From: an uncultured Prochlorococcus sp.
GTDB lineage: Bacteria; Cyanobacteriota; Cyanobacteriia; PCC-6307; Cyanobiaceae
Assembly: GCA_902590775.1 (NCBI GenBank)
Contig: CACIYC010000003.1
Location: 117 to 64,116, forward strand
Direction of reading: 5' to 3'
Length of the DNA: 64,000 bases
Shown here in pieces: positions 1 through 11,300 of the stretch. The notes beneath the pieces were generated by a model. The model saw only the letters and a program-made list of their open reading frames with translations. It was not told the origin of the DNA and did not search any database. The position numbers were made by a program, and so were the translations under genes. The stretch's first letter is position 1, and the number at the start of each line of letters is the position of its first letter.

Positions 1-1
1 A

Positions 2-94
2 GATCTCGGTGCAATGTCATTTAAATCTTTTAAAACTATACTTGAAGAATCAATTTCTCTAAGATCTAATCACAAAATTACCAAGAATATTTGA
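2..94 (+). CDS. thrS: 3' end of threonyl-tRNA synthetase (partial, runs off window start)
   Basis: Manual translation of frame 2 gives DLGAMSFKSFKTILEESISLRSNHKITKNI*. DLGxM matches the end of the ThrRS anticodon-binding domain. From memory, thrS precedes glk-thrB in Prochlorococcus. Confidence 0.6.
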   Translation, partial: DLGAMSFKSFKTILEESISLRSNHKITKNI

Positions 95-141
95 TGATTT
101 CTATAAATTTAATAATCGAAATCTTTTTTATTTGAAAAATA

Positions 142-1188
142 ATGTATCTACTAGCTGGTGACATTGGAGGAACTAAAACACTCCTAGGAATATACAAATT
201 TAATAATGGACTTGAACTAATTAATAAAATACATTATGTTTCAAAAGAATGGGAAGGATTTGATTTAATCCTTAGTCATTTCTTATCTAAATTACCAAAA
301 GACATAGAAAGGCCTAAATATGGATGCATTGGTGTTGCAGGGGCAATTAGTCATGGAAATGTAAAATTAACAAATCTAAAATGGCAAATAAATGAATCCA
401 GAATATGCAAAATGGCAAACTTAAAAAAGTTAATATTAATAAATGATTTTTTAAGCTTTATATATGGAATTCCATTTCTTTCAAAGAATCAATATGCTTC
501 CCTTCAGTCTCCAAAGGGAAATCAAAACAATGATAAGAATAATTCACTAATAGCAGTTATAGGAGCTGGAACAGGTCTAGGTATTGGGAGAGCATTAATT
601 AATAATAATGGGATAAAGGCAATTGCCAGCGAAGGAGGTCATAAAGAATTTTCTCCTAGAAATGAAACCGAATGGGAACTAACAAAATGGCTTAAAAAAG
701 ATCTTAATATAAATAGATTATCTATTGAACGTATAGTAAGTGGAACTGGTCTTGGTAATATAGCCCGATGGAGAATATCAAGAACAGATGCAATAAGGCA
801 TCCACTTCACGAAATAATAAACAACAAAATTAATCAAAATCTAAATAATATTCAATTACCAGAACAAGTTTGCAAATTAGCCCAAAGTGGTGATCTGTTA
901 ATGCAAGAAGTTGTAAATACTTGGATTAGTGCTTATGGTTCTGCAGCAGGAGATCTTGCCTTGCATGAGCTTTGCGAAGGTGGGCTATGGATTGCAGGAG
1001 GGACAGCAAAAAAACACTTAAAGGATCTAAGCTCAGATAAATTCTTAAAACCATTAAAAAATAAAGGTCGCTTCACTCAATTTCTTGAGAAGATTCCAAT
1101 AATGGCCTTAATTGACTCAGATGCTGGCTTGTTTGGTGCTGCATGCAAAGCACATCTAATTAGCAAATCTGATGACAAACTAATTTGA
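142..1188 (+). CDS. glk: Glucokinase (Glk family)
   Basis: LAGDIGGTKT phosphate-1 loop, LINDF, GAGTGLG, SEGGH and ERIVSGTGL motifs. Confidence 0.95.
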   Translation: MYLLAGDIGGTKTLLGIYKFNNGLELINKIHYVSKEWEGFDLILSHFLSKLPKDIERPKYGCIGVAGAISHGNVKLTNLKWQINESRICKMANLKKLILINDFLSFIYGIPFLSKNQYASLQSPKGNQNNDKNNSLIAVIGAGTGLGIGRALINNNGIKAIASEGGHKEFSPRNETEWELTKWLKKDLNINRLSIERIVSGTGLGNIARWRISRTDAIRHPLHEIINNKINQNLNNIQLPEQVCKLAQSGDLLMQEVVNTWISAYGSAAGDLALHELCEGGLWIAGGTAKKHLKDLSSDKFLKPLKNKGRFTQFLEKIPIMALIDSDAGLFGAACKAHLISKSDDKLI

Positions 1189-1202
1189 ACCTTTAAAAGA
1201 TA

Positions 1203-2147
1203 ATGATTCAGCCGGAAATTGGCAAAAAAGTACACGTAGAAGTTCCTTCTACTACAGCCAACCTGGGGCCAGGTTTTGACTGTTTAGGAGCAGCATTAGA
1301 TCTTAAAAATCACTTCACCATTACTCGCATTGAAGGAGATAGTGAAAGATTTGAATTAATCATGGAAAGCACAGAAGGTAATCATTTAAGAGGTGGACCA
1401 GAAAATCTTTTCTATCGAGCAGCTCAAAGAGTCTGGCAAACAGCTCAAGTAGAACCATTCGCATTGGAAGCCAGAGTAAAACTAGCAGTACCTCCAGCAA
1501 GAGGACTTGGAAGCAGTGCCACAGCAATAGTTGCTGGACTAGTTGGAGCAAATGCTTTATTAAACGATCCGTTAAGTAAAGAAAAACTTCTTGAACTTGC
1601 AATTGATATTGAAGGTCACCCAGATAATGTCGTTCCCTCTCTTCTTGGAGGATTATGTTTTACAGCAAAAGCTGCGTCTCAAAGATGGAGAGTTGTCAGA
1701 TGCGATTGGGATCTATCAATAAAAGCTGTAGTTGCAATACCATCACTTAGATTAAGCACTAGTGAAGCTAGACGTGTAATGCCTAAAACTGTCCCATTAG
1801 GTGATGCTGTAATGAATTTAGGATCTCTCACACTCTTGCTAAATGGACTTAGGACAGGTCGAGAAGATTTAATTACCGATGGAATGCATGACAGATTACA
1901 TGAGCCATACAGATGGAAATTAATTAAAGGGGGGAATCAAGTCTGTGAAGCTGCTATCACTGCAGGAGCTTTTGGATGTGCCATAAGTGGTGCCGGTCCA
2001 AGCATCCTTGCCTTATGCAAAGAAGATACTGGGAAGGCCATAAGCCAAGCTATGGTCAAAGCTTGGGAGAGCACTGGAGTTGCAAGCAGAGCTCCCTTAC
2101 TGAGCCTCCAAACCAATGGGTCTACCTGGCACCCTGACAAGGCTTGA
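1203..2147 (+). CDS. thrB: Homoserine kinase (GHMP family)
   Basis: PSTTANLGPGFDCLG, PPARGLGSSA, EGHPDN and ISGAGPS motifs. Confidence 0.97.
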   Translation: MIQPEIGKKVHVEVPSTTANLGPGFDCLGAALDLKNHFTITRIEGDSERFELIMESTEGNHLRGGPENLFYRAAQRVWQTAQVEPFALEARVKLAVPPARGLGSSATAIVAGLVGANALLNDPLSKEKLLELAIDIEGHPDNVVPSLLGGLCFTAKAASQRWRVVRCDWDLSIKAVVAIPSLRLSTSEARRVMPKTVPLGDAVMNLGSLTLLLNGLRTGREDLITDGMHDRLHEPYRWKLIKGGNQVCEAAITAGAFGCAISGAGPSILALCKEDTGKAISQAMVKAWESTGVASRAPLLSLQTNGSTWHPDKA

Positions 2148-2210
2148 GTAGTTATACTTAGTGAAATTCACCAAGGACTGATAAAGTTCATCCTCATTCT
2201 CATCAAGATT

Positions 2211-3764
2211 ATGGACGCAACTTTACTTACAGCAGAAGCGTCCAGAGAGTCATTCCCTTGGCTATCTTCTATCGTTCTACTTCCTATAATTGGGGCGCTA
2301 ATACTTCAATTCCTTCCAAAAAGACAAGAAACAGACCACTATTTCTATAGAAATTTTGCAATTTATTTTCTTACAGCCGATTTTTTAATAATTTTATATT
2401 CTTTTAGCCAACTATTTAATCGAGATCTCAGTGAACTTCAATTAGTCGAAAGATCTCCATGGCTCCCATCTATAGGACTTGAATGGTCTTTAGGAGTAGA
2501 CGGAATATCGGCTCCTTTGGTTGCATTAAGTGGATTGATAACTCTCCTTTCAGCAGCTGCGAGTTGGAAAATAACAAATAAACCAAAACTTTATTTTTCC
2601 TTATTGTTAATTCAAGCTTCTGCACAGGCACTGGTCTTCCTTTCTCAAGATTTCCTTTTATTCTTCCTTGCTTGGGAATTAGAACTAGTACCTGTTTACC
2701 TTTTAATTGCAATATGGGGTGGAAAGAAAAGATTATATGCAGCTACAAAATTTATTCTTTATACAGCTCTTGCTTCTTTACTAATACTCGTTAGTGGTCT
2801 TGCGCTAGCTTTATCTGGGGGTGATTTCTCATTAAACCTAACAGATCTTTCATTAAAATCTGCATCGGGAACATTTGGTTTACTTTGTTATCTAGGTTTT
2901 TTGATTGGATTTGGAGTAAAGCTACCTATATTTCCACTTCATACATGGTTACCTGATGCACATGGAGAAGCAAATGCTCCTGTCTCAATGTTATTAGCTG
3001 GAATACTTCTAAAAATGGGAGGTTATGCATTAATCAGATTCAATGTTCAGATGCTACCAGATATTCATATTCAATTAGCACCAGCTTTGATAATTATAGG
3101 CATTGTAAATATTATCTATGGAGCATTAAATGCGTTTGCTCAAGATAATGTTAAAAGGAGAATAGCTTGCAGCTCAGTAAGTCATATGGGATTTGTTCTT
3201 TTAGGAATTGGTGCAATAAATACTCTTGGAATCAATGGGGCAATGCTCCAAATGATTAGCCATGGCCTTATTGCTGCTGCAATGTTCTTTATAACAGGTT
3301 CTTTTTACGAAAGAACAAAAACACTTTCTATTCCGAATATGGGCGGTCTAGCAAAAGCCCTACCAATAACATTTGCTCTATTTCTAATAAGCTCACTAGC
3401 TTCACTAGCTTTACCTGGAATGAGTGGTTTTATTAGTGAAATTACTATATTTTTAGGAATAACAAGTCAAGAAGCATTTACATCATTGTTTAAATCAATA
3501 TCAATATTAATTGCAGGAATAGGTCTAGTGCTAACACCAATATATCTATTATCTATGTGCAGACGTGTATTTTTTGGTCCAAGAATACCCGCATTAGCAA
3601 TAGTTCAAGAAATGGATAAAAGGGAACTATTTATTGCTTTAAGTTTATTAATACCAAACTTACTAATAGGTTTTTGGCCCAGAATTGCAACTGAATTATT
3701 TGAGGCTTCATCAAATCAAGTTGCAATTAATTTATCTTCTCATATTCTTACAGTATTAACCTAA
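2211..3764 (+). CDS. ndhD: NAD(P)H dehydrogenase (NDH-1) subunit 4, NdhD/NuoM; stand-alone copy, probably NdhD2-type
   Basis: Polytopic membrane protein with [30 protein letters not shown] and SSVSHMG; no adjacent ndhF. Confidence 0.93.
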   Translation: MDATLLTAEASRESFPWLSSIVLLPIIGALILQFLPKRQETDHYFYRNFAIYFLTADFLIILYSFSQLFNRDLSELQLVERSPWLPSIGLEWSLGVDGISAPLVALSGLITLLSAAASWKITNKPKLYFSLLLIQASAQALVFLSQDFLLFFLAWELELVPVYLLIAIWGGKKRLYAATKFILYTALASLLILVSGLALALSGGDFSLNLTDLSLKSASGTFGLLCYLGFLIGFGVKLPIFPLHTWLPDAHGEANAPVSMLLAGILLKMGGYALIRFNVQMLPDIHIQLAPALIIIGIVNIIYGALNAFAQDNVKRRIACSSVSHMGFVLLGIGAINTLGINGAMLQMISHGLIAAAMFFITGSFYERTKTLSIPNMGGLAKALPITFALFLISSLASLALPGMSGFISEITIFLGITSQEAFTSLFKSISILIAGIGLVLTPIYLLSMCRRVFFGPRIPALAIVQEMDKRELFIALSLLIPNLLIGFWPRIATELFEASSNQVAINLSSHILTVLT

Positions 3765-3782
3765 GCAATCTGACTTATAACA

Positions 3783-5912
3783 ATGCCAAAAGAAAGAAAC
3801 CGAGCTTCGATTTTAATTGGAAAAGGACTACCTGATTTTGAAAATATCAAACCAAAAGAAATAGAAAAGGATCTGCCTATTTTAATCGAAGAGCTTAATA
3901 ATGAATTTAGTTTTGTGGAAAATAGTATAGATATTAAGTTAAAGAATAATACAAATATTGGCTGGAAAGAAATAATAATTCCTTTATATAAGATTGAAGA
4001 AAAACTTCGATGGAGCTGGAGTATTGTTTCTCATTTAAATGGAGTCTCAAATTCTGTTGAATTAAGAAAGGTTTATTCTTCACTTCAACCAGAAATTGTT
4101 CGCTTCAGCAACCGTGTAGGCCAAAGCAAAGTGTTTTTCAAAGCACTTTCAAACCTGTCGGAAAAGGATGCAATAGCTTTAGACAATGCTCAGGAAAGAA
4201 TCATTCAAACAGAATTGCTATCAATGAAACACAAGGGAGTAGGTCTTAATAAAAAAGAAAGAGAAAAATTTAACTCAAATAGTGAGCGATTAGCAGAATT
4301 ATCAAATCAATTTAGTAATAACATTCTAGACGCAACTAAAGAATGGAAAATTTTACTTACAAAGCCTGAAGAAATTGCAGGTCTACCACAACGGAGTCTT
4401 GAAGCGATGTCAAAAGCAGCAAAAGAAAATCCTCTATATTTATCTAAAATAACAAATGAATCCTCAGCCAAGACAGGACCATGGCTACTTGGGCTAGACA
4501 TGCCAAGCTACATAGCATTTATTACATACTCACAAAACAGAGATCTTCGAGAAAAAATCTACAAAGCCTATGTAAGTAGAGCCAGTGAAGGCAAACTTGA
4601 TAATAAAAGTTTAATTGAAGAAATTCTTTTTCTGAGACGTAATCAAGCCAAATTACTTGGATATCAAAATTGGTCCGAAAAAAGTCTTGCAAGCAAAATG
4701 GCTAAAAGTGTTAACGAGGTCGAAAGGCTGCTTGAAGAGCTTAGAGTTGCTGCAATGACCGCTGCAAAAATAGAAATAGATAGATTAACTAATTTTGCTT
4801 CCGAAGAAACAAAGGGAGAAATTCAAAAAATTGAGCCATGGGATATCAATTTTTGGTCAGAGAAGCTACGACAAAATTTATTTAACCTTAATCAAGAAGA
4901 ACTCAGGCCTTGGTTCCCCTTGCCACAAGTTCTTGATGGCTTATTTAAATTATGTGAAAGACTCTTTGATATACATATAAAACCTACAAGAACAAGCTAT
5001 CCAAAATGGCATGAAACTGTTGAGTTCTTCAATGTTCATGATAGTAATGGTATGCATATAGCATCTTTTTACTTGGATCCTTACTCAAGACCTGAAACGA
5101 AAAGAGGAGGAGCATGGATGGATGAATGTCTAACTAAAGAGGAATTAGAGAATGGGAATGTCGTATTGCCAGTAGCTTATCTAGTCTGCAATCAAACACC
5201 TCCAATTGATGATACTCCTAGTCTTATGAGTTTTGAAGAAGTAAAAACTCTCTTTCATGAATTCGGTCATGGACTACAGCATATGCTTACTACTGTTAGG
5301 CAACCAAAAGCTGCTGGAATCAACAATATAGAGTGGGATGCCGTAGAACTACCTAGCCAATTCATGGAAAATTGGTGCCTTGATAAACAAACCATAAATA
5401 ATATTGCAAGGCATTGGAAAACAAAAGAAGCACTCCCAGAAACTGAATTTAAAAAATTACAATTAAATCAAACCTTCAATTCTGGACTTGCAACTCTTAG
5501 ACAAATTCACTTTGCTATAACAGATCTCAAATTACATGAATTATGGGAAAAGAATTTAGGCATTACCCCTGATGCATTGCGTAGAGATTTAGCAAAAACA
5601 ACTTGTATTTTGCAACCAATTCCCGAAGATCAATTCTTATGTGCCTTTAGTCATATTTTTTCTGGAGGCTACTCTGCAGGTTACTATTCATACAAATGGG
5701 CAGAAGTATTGAGTGCAGATGCATTTTCTTGTTTTGAAGAAGCTGGCTTGGACAACGAAGAAAAAATAAAGAAAATAGGGAAACACTTTAGGGATACAAT
5801 TCTGAGTCTTGGAGGAAGCAAGTCTCCTTCTGTAATCTTTGAATCATTTAGAGGAAGGCCCGCTAATACAAAAGCATTGATTCGGCATTGTGGATTTTCA
5901 GGAAGCACTTAA
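3783..5912 (+). CDS. prlC: Oligopeptidase A (M3 zinc metallopeptidase)
   Basis: HEFGHGLQH (HExxH), WDAVELPSQFME, KRGGAWM, GYSAGYYSYKWAE. Confidence 0.95.
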   Translation: MPKERNRASILIGKGLPDFENIKPKEIEKDLPILIEELNNEFSFVENSIDIKLKNNTNIGWKEIIIPLYKIEEKLRWSWSIVSHLNGVSNSVELRKVYSSLQPEIVRFSNRVGQSKVFFKALSNLSEKDAIALDNAQERIIQTELLSMKHKGVGLNKKEREKFNSNSERLAELSNQFSNNILDATKEWKILLTKPEEIAGLPQRSLEAMSKAAKENPLYLSKITNESSAKTGPWLLGLDMPSYIAFITYSQNRDLREKIYKAYVSRASEGKLDNKSLIEEILFLRRNQAKLLGYQNWSEKSLASKMAKSVNEVERLLEELRVAAMTAAKIEIDRLTNFASEETKGEIQKIEPWDINFWSEKLRQNLFNLNQEELRPWFPLPQVLDGLFKLCERLFDIHIKPTRTSYPKWHETVEFFNVHDSNGMHIASFYLDPYSRPETKRGGAWMDECLTKEELENGNVVLPVAYLVCNQTPPIDDTPSLMSFEEVKTLFHEFGHGLQHMLTTVRQPKAAGINNIEWDAVELPSQFMENWCLDKQTINNIARHWKTKEALPETEFKKLQLNQTFNSGLATLRQIHFAITDLKLHELWEKNLGITPDALRRDLAKTTCILQPIPEDQFLCAFSHIFSGGYSAGYYSYKWAEVLSADAFSCFEEAGLDNEEKIKKIGKHFRDTILSLGGSKSPSVIFESFRGRPANTKALIRHCGFSGST

Positions 5913-6500
5913 CACATAAGATGAAATCATTTCAATGCTTTTTGAGTTCTTTATTAACCCTTTGTGAGTAAAAACTGGCACTGCAATAGAAGTGCCAAAG
6001 GGCAAAACCGCTCGATAACCAGGAAATACCATTAAATCCCATAAAGAAAAAAAACTTTTACATCTTATTTCTTGAAGGTTATCTGAGGAAATTTCTAATG
6101 ACTTAATCAAGTCACTTTGTAATTTCATGTCTGCTATCCCTGCGAAAAGAAAACCAGGAACTAGTTGTGCAGTCAAGGTGCCCTTATGAGGACAGCCAAT
6201 ACTAAAGAAGCGAATAGTTCGTGTGAAACCTTTCATTTCCTGTATCCATACCCTAGCTATTAATCCACCCATCGAGAAGCCAATCAAATCAATAGGTACA
6301 TCATTCCCAAATCTTTCTTTGATCTGCTTATCAAGTTCAAATGCTAAATCCCTAATACCTACTCTTCCTAAATAATGAGGCAAAAAAGGAGCCATTAAAA
6401 GATTACTAGGTTGATTTAAATGATCAATTAAATGCTCAAACAAATCTGGGGTATTCCACAAACCATGCACTAAAACTATTGGTCTAATAAGATTTGTCAT
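5898..6500 (-). CDS. Small alpha/beta-hydrolase (lipase/esterase)
   Basis: VLVHGL oxyanion motif, GFSMGG nucleophile elbow, PHKGT, Asp (WDLMV) and His (FTHKG). Confidence 0.85.
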   Translation of the reverse strand: MTNLIRPIVLVHGLWNTPDLFEHLIDHLNQPSNLLMAPFLPHYLGRVGIRDLAFELDKQIKERFGNDVPIDLIGFSMGGLIARVWIQEMKGFTRTIRFFSIGCPHKGTLTAQLVPGFLFAGIADMKLQSDLIKSLEISSDNLQEIRCKSFFSLWDLMVFPGYRAVLPFGTSIAVPVFTHKGLIKNSKSIEMISSYVLSAS

Positions 6501-6511
6501 CTAAATAATAA

Positions 6512-6889
6512 TTATGAGATATTTCTCTTTCTACTCACGGAAACAGATCCAGAAAAGCCATCCATTGGTGGGAAGCATTTCTTCAAAACTATTTGCATTG
6601 GAATAGATCCATACAAACTTTCAAGTTTATTAAAAATCAACTCGCTAAATTGCTCTATTGTCTTACATTCAACCTTGAAAGAAAGTTCCTGAACACTTTT
6701 CACGGCAAGACTATAATCAAATGTCGACGAAAGTTCATCATTCTTAGAAACCTTTTCCATATCAACCCAAAGAATAATATCAAGAAGAAAAGGTTGACCT
6801 GTTAAACGTTCTTTTTCTAATACACCTACATGAGCCCAAAGATTTATATGATTAATGTGAATAGAATCAAGAGATATAGAATCCTTCAT
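6512..6889 (-). CDS. folB: Dihydroneopterin aldolase
   Basis: AHVGVLEKER..GQ.F, DYS and TIE motifs; 125 aa. Confidence 0.88.
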   Translation of the reverse strand: MKDSISLDSIHINHINLWAHVGVLEKERLTGQPFLLDIILWVDMEKVSKNDELSSTFDYSLAVKSVQELSFKVECKTIEQFSELIFNKLESLYGSIPMQIVLKKCFPPMDGFSGSVSVSRKRNIS

Positions 6890-6891
6890 AA

Positions 6892-8202
6892 CTACACATC
6901 AATATGCGTAAAGAAGTTCTTCCCTGAATTGAAATCTGAAACTATATGACCTTGTCCCTTCAGGAAATATCTATATGTAACAAGTCCCTCTAATCCTACT
7001 GGACCTCTTGGAGGCATCGTTTGAGTGCTAATACCCACCTCTGCGCCAAAACCATATCGAAAACCATCAGCAAATCTCGTAGAACAATTATGGTAAACTC
7101 CTGAACTATCGACAGACTGCAAGAATTTCTTAGCTATATCTTTGTTATTAGTAACAATACCGTCAGTATGCCTAGAGCCATAACGACGTATATGTGACAT
7201 AGCCTCATCCACAGATAAGACTATTTTAACAGAAAGTTTTAAATCAAGGTATTCCGTAGACCAATCATTCTCTTGAGCTTCATTAGGAACACCTAAGTCT
7301 TGAGAATAAGAATCGCCAACTAAAACCACGCCTGCTTTCACAAAAGCAGGTATAGCAACTTTCAAGAATGAAGAAGCTATATCTTTGTGAACTAATAAAG
7401 TTTCAATTGCATTACAAGCTGCAGGGTATTGACACTTACTATCAATTGCAATATCAGTTGCTTGACTCAAATCGACATCTGAATCTATATATAAATGACA
7501 TATACCATCCGCATGGCCTAAAACTGGAATTCGAGTATTGTCTTGGATAAACCTAACTAGTTCATTACTTCCTCTAGGAATTATAAGATCAACATAATGA
7601 TCTAAACAAAGCAAACTCAGGCTTTCTTGGCGAGTAGTTAATAAACAAATAGTTTCTTGAGAAATATTCGACTCTTTCAATCCTTCTTTAATAGCCGAAA
7701 CGATTGCTTCATTCGTTAGTTTTGCTTCACTACCACCTTTAAGAATAGCGCCATTTCCAGAACGTATTGCTAATGAAGCTATTTGCATGACAGCATCAGG
7801 TCTTGACTCGAAGATCACACCTAAAACGCCTAATGGAACAGTAATTCGTTCTAAGCGAAGGCCTTCAGATAATTCGCGATGCAATTGAAGTGATCCTATA
7901 GGGTCAGGCAAACTTGCTACTTGCCGAACTGCGTCAATAGAATTGATCAATTTATCAGAATTCAATTTTAATCTTGATAAAAGTGATTGACTAAGTCCCG
8001 CTTCCTTAGATCTATTCAAATCTTTTTCATTGGCAGCGACAATTTCATTGGATTTTAGAAGCAAAGCATCAGCCATAGCTGTTATCGCAGCTTGGCGTTG
8101 TTCATTTGTACTTTGTGCTAAAAATAATGAGGCTTCTTTTACTAATGAAGCACGCCTTATCAGATCATCTGATGGGTCAGGGATATTAGTTTGACTTTTC
8201 AT
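6892..8202 (-). CDS. proA: Gamma-glutamyl phosphate reductase
   Basis: [46 protein letters not shown]. Confidence 0.97.
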   Translation of the reverse strand: MKSQTNIPDPSDDLIRRASLVKEASLFLAQSTNEQRQAAITAMADALLLKSNEIVAANEKDLNRSKEAGLSQSLLSRLKLNSDKLINSIDAVRQVASLPDPIGSLQLHRELSEGLRLERITVPLGVLGVIFESRPDAVMQIASLAIRSGNGAILKGGSEAKLTNEAIVSAIKEGLKESNISQETICLLTTRQESLSLLCLDHYVDLIIPRGSNELVRFIQDNTRIPVLGHADGICHLYIDSDVDLSQATDIAIDSKCQYPAACNAIETLLVHKDIASSFLKVAIPAFVKAGVVLVGDSYSQDLGVPNEAQENDWSTEYLDLKLSVKIVLSVDEAMSHIRRYGSRHTDGIVTNNKDIAKKFLQSVDSSGVYHNCSTRFADGFRYGFGAEVGISTQTMPPRGPVGLEGLVTYRYFLKGQGHIVSDFNSGKNFFTHIDV

Positions 8203-8267
8203 GTAATGAACGATTCATATAAACATATTGTCTCAAACGTGGGTTCTAAAGATATCAAATTAGTAAA

Positions 8268-8298
8268 ATAATACAGATTACTTACAAGTTTTTACAAT
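8268..8298 (-). promoter_or_regulatory. Candidate sigma70 promoter for proA-folB-lipase (TTGTAA-18 nt-TATTAT) overlapping an HLR1-like direct repeat
   Basis: Minus strand reads aTTGTAAaaacttgtaagtaatctgTATTAT. Plus strand 8281-8298 is CTTACAAG-tt-TTTACAAT. Confidence 0.35.
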
Positions 8299-8349
8299 CT
8301 ATCAAATTATTTTATAGAGTCCAAATAAAGTGAAAATTAGAACACAAAA

Positions 8350-11300
8350 CTAATACCTAAAGAAAAGTTGAAGTTGACTCTGCCAATTTCCATCCTGATC
8401 AAAAGAACCTAAAACCCCTACACTTGGATGTAATTGATATGTAACTGTTCCATGAGGTGGGATATCATTTCGATTTGGTGTTGTTTGAATTGAAAAATTA
8501 ATTTTATCTGATAAATCCATCCCAACTTCAGCTATCCAAGCTTGTTGCGGAGATAAATCTTCTGAATCCCCTTCGTCTGTAGTTAAGTTGCTATTATTAC
8601 TTTCATCATCATCATCATTAGTAAGTTTATTAGAAACGAAAGCCGGATAAAAAGAAAGATGAAGCTTTTCACTAAATGCATCACTTAATTTAGACAAGGC
8701 AGGTGAAAGGAAGGATCTATTAAGTAAGCCCATTAACACCTCACCTTGACCTCCACTCATAAGCATTGTAAGAGAGTTCCCTCCAATGAGATCGAAAAGC
8801 TGGCTTTTTGGTAAGGCTGGTGTACTTGTTAGTTCATATGTCTCAGAAATACGATCTGCAAGTCCAGTAGCTATTAACTCAATTTTTACAAACCTTGATC
8901 CACCTATGCCAACAGAACTAGAGCTATTCATTACAAAATCATTCGATGATTCTAATTGATTTGGATCTTGAACAACATCTGGCACTCGTGTGATTAGCTT
9001 TATATCTAAAAAAGGAACCAATCCCATAGAAGGTATAAATGTAGCAGTATTTTTATATTTTCTATCTAAATCAAAAGTGGTTGTAAAAAGATTTACACGA
9101 CCTTTCTCAAGCCTAATCAATCCAGTTAAATCAAGGTTCTCATTCAATAAGCCATCAAGAATTAATTTACCTGAAGCCGTAAAACTTGCAAAAGGAAGCG
9201 ACTCAACACGTAATTCAGGGCCTAGATAAAGATTTAAAGAATTAAAACCTATATAAGATAATCCTTTGGGAATACTTGAATTAAATATTTTGCTAGCAGA
9301 AGACTCTTGATCTTGAAGGAAAAGTATAATAGGTTCTGCATCTACTCGTTGATAATCCCAATTTTGTTCAGGAAAGTTGCTGTAAGCAACACGACTGGGT
9401 CGAGAAGAAAAGTTGTCATCAACATTTATTAAATTTTTTCGCTTACTTCTTGAACGCTTCGTTGAGATGGCTCCTTGCTCAATGGTTATTTCACCTCCAA
9501 TTAAAGGCTTAAAGAGAGAACCTTTTATTTGAAGATCAGAAGAAAGCTTGGCTACTATATTCTGCTGATTCAGTTCAATCTCTTTCATGACAATACTTAA
9601 TTGTTCCTTACTATCGATAACTTCCCTAAACAAAGACATCGCTCCTTGAGCTTTAAAAGTTCCCTTACGACCAATTCTTGCTTCAAAATTCTGAACCTCA
9701 AACCTATTAAAATCAAAAAATATTTTGCTTGTAAGATTTCTAATCAGCATATTATTTAGAACAAAGTTTCCATCTCTTATCACGACAAAACCATTTGAAA
9801 CAGTTTGATTTAATGTGCCTCTTACTAGGATTTTTAAATCAATATTGCCAGATCTCCAACTAATCAAATCATTTGTAAGTCCATCCAGAAAACTTAAAGC
9901 ATCTCCATTACTTTCAATTTTTAAATCAAATGGTATTTCTTTAGCTAAAGGAATATCACCAGAAATAGTAATCGATTCTGAAGAAGTAGACTCTCTAAGG
10001 AAAATATCTGTAGTCAATGTTGAATTGGCTATAAATATGTTCCCTTTCTCTAATACAAACTCTTTGTCTACAATCTTTGCATCCTTTAGTACAAGTTCCG
10101 CATTTAATTCTGGTGAAGTTCTCTTAAAGTTATATCTACCTGTCATTCCAAACATCCCACTCAATGAAGATGGTGTTGAAAAAAATAATGATAACATCGA
10201 GAAAGGAAGATTAAGTATAGAAAATTCTCCATTTTCAGTTAACGATAATGACCTAAAGGTAGCCATAAATGGGGTAATGTCTGACTTGTTACGATTATCT
10301 CCCTTAACCCATACCTTCCCGGAAGCCTCAAGATCTAGTTTCAAGTCAGAAATTTTAGATCCTTCTAAATTTGCTATTGCATCTATACTTCCCTTTAACA
10401 TAGCAGGATCAATAAATTTCTTATTTCTTTCTTGTAAATAAATATCATTAAGAGAACGAAGTGATTTCTCTAGTGTAATTATCTGGTTTTCAAGTGATGT
10501 TTTAGGAGTAATTAAAAATCTATTTAAATCACTGGCTTGACCAAAAGCCAATTTAGGGAACAAATTAAATTCAGAAATCTTTAGGCCAGTATCAACTAAC
10601 CATCTAGGGCTAAGCCCTTTTGCTTCAGCTTTAGCAACTACTCTGCCCCCTAAGCGTCCTTTTGCATTTATCAATATTTTTCCTTTCGAATGTGGAATAA
10701 TCTCAGCCGCGACTGAATACATATTCTCTGAATAGCTGCCCTTTAGTTGCCATTTTTTTAATGCAATTCCAAGCCACCTATAACTCTTAGTAGTTAGTTG
10801 TCCATCTACAAAAAATGGATCTAATCTTAAAGATCCTTCGCCAATAACCTTTCCCATAACTCGTTTAAATCTCTTCTCAGGGGGAACAGCTACTTCTAAG
10901 CGATCTAATCTAAACTCATCAGCATTCCAACTATATCCATTAGGAATTCGGTCAAGATAAATAAAACCTCCATACCTTTCTAAAGTCAGGGTCCGTAACG
11001 ACCAATCCTTCGCGAATTTTGCATCAACTTTTCCTGAGGCATCTGGAACGACAGAAGCCATTGAAAGTTCACCTCCTCCAGTTAGTGAGCCCATAAAATT
11101 CCCTTTCCATTTTTCCTGTAGTCTTACTGCACTAATTTGAGGATTATCCAACTCTATTTTGAGATCACTGCGTAAAGAAGCAATAGATCCTGAAATACTA
11201 CCGTTAGTAGAAAGACTCCCTGATAAAGGAATACCTATCAAAGAGTTTAAAGAAGACAATGAGAAGTCATTAAGATCAACTTTTCCATTTAATTCGCCTA

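Noticed and set aside
8273-8300. NtcA boxes (GTA-N8-TAC) in spacers near proA, ndhD and petE
   Set aside because: The GTA...TAC pairs I found near these genes have 3-6 nt spacers, not 8.
9815-10441. 208-aa plus-strand ORF inside tamB, and similar 60-139 aa ORFs opposite recC, recB, clpC, hemE, trhO and the ABC1 kinase
   Set aside because: These are antisense or out-of-frame shadows of well-supported genes, with Ser/Ile/Phe-rich composition and no motifs.
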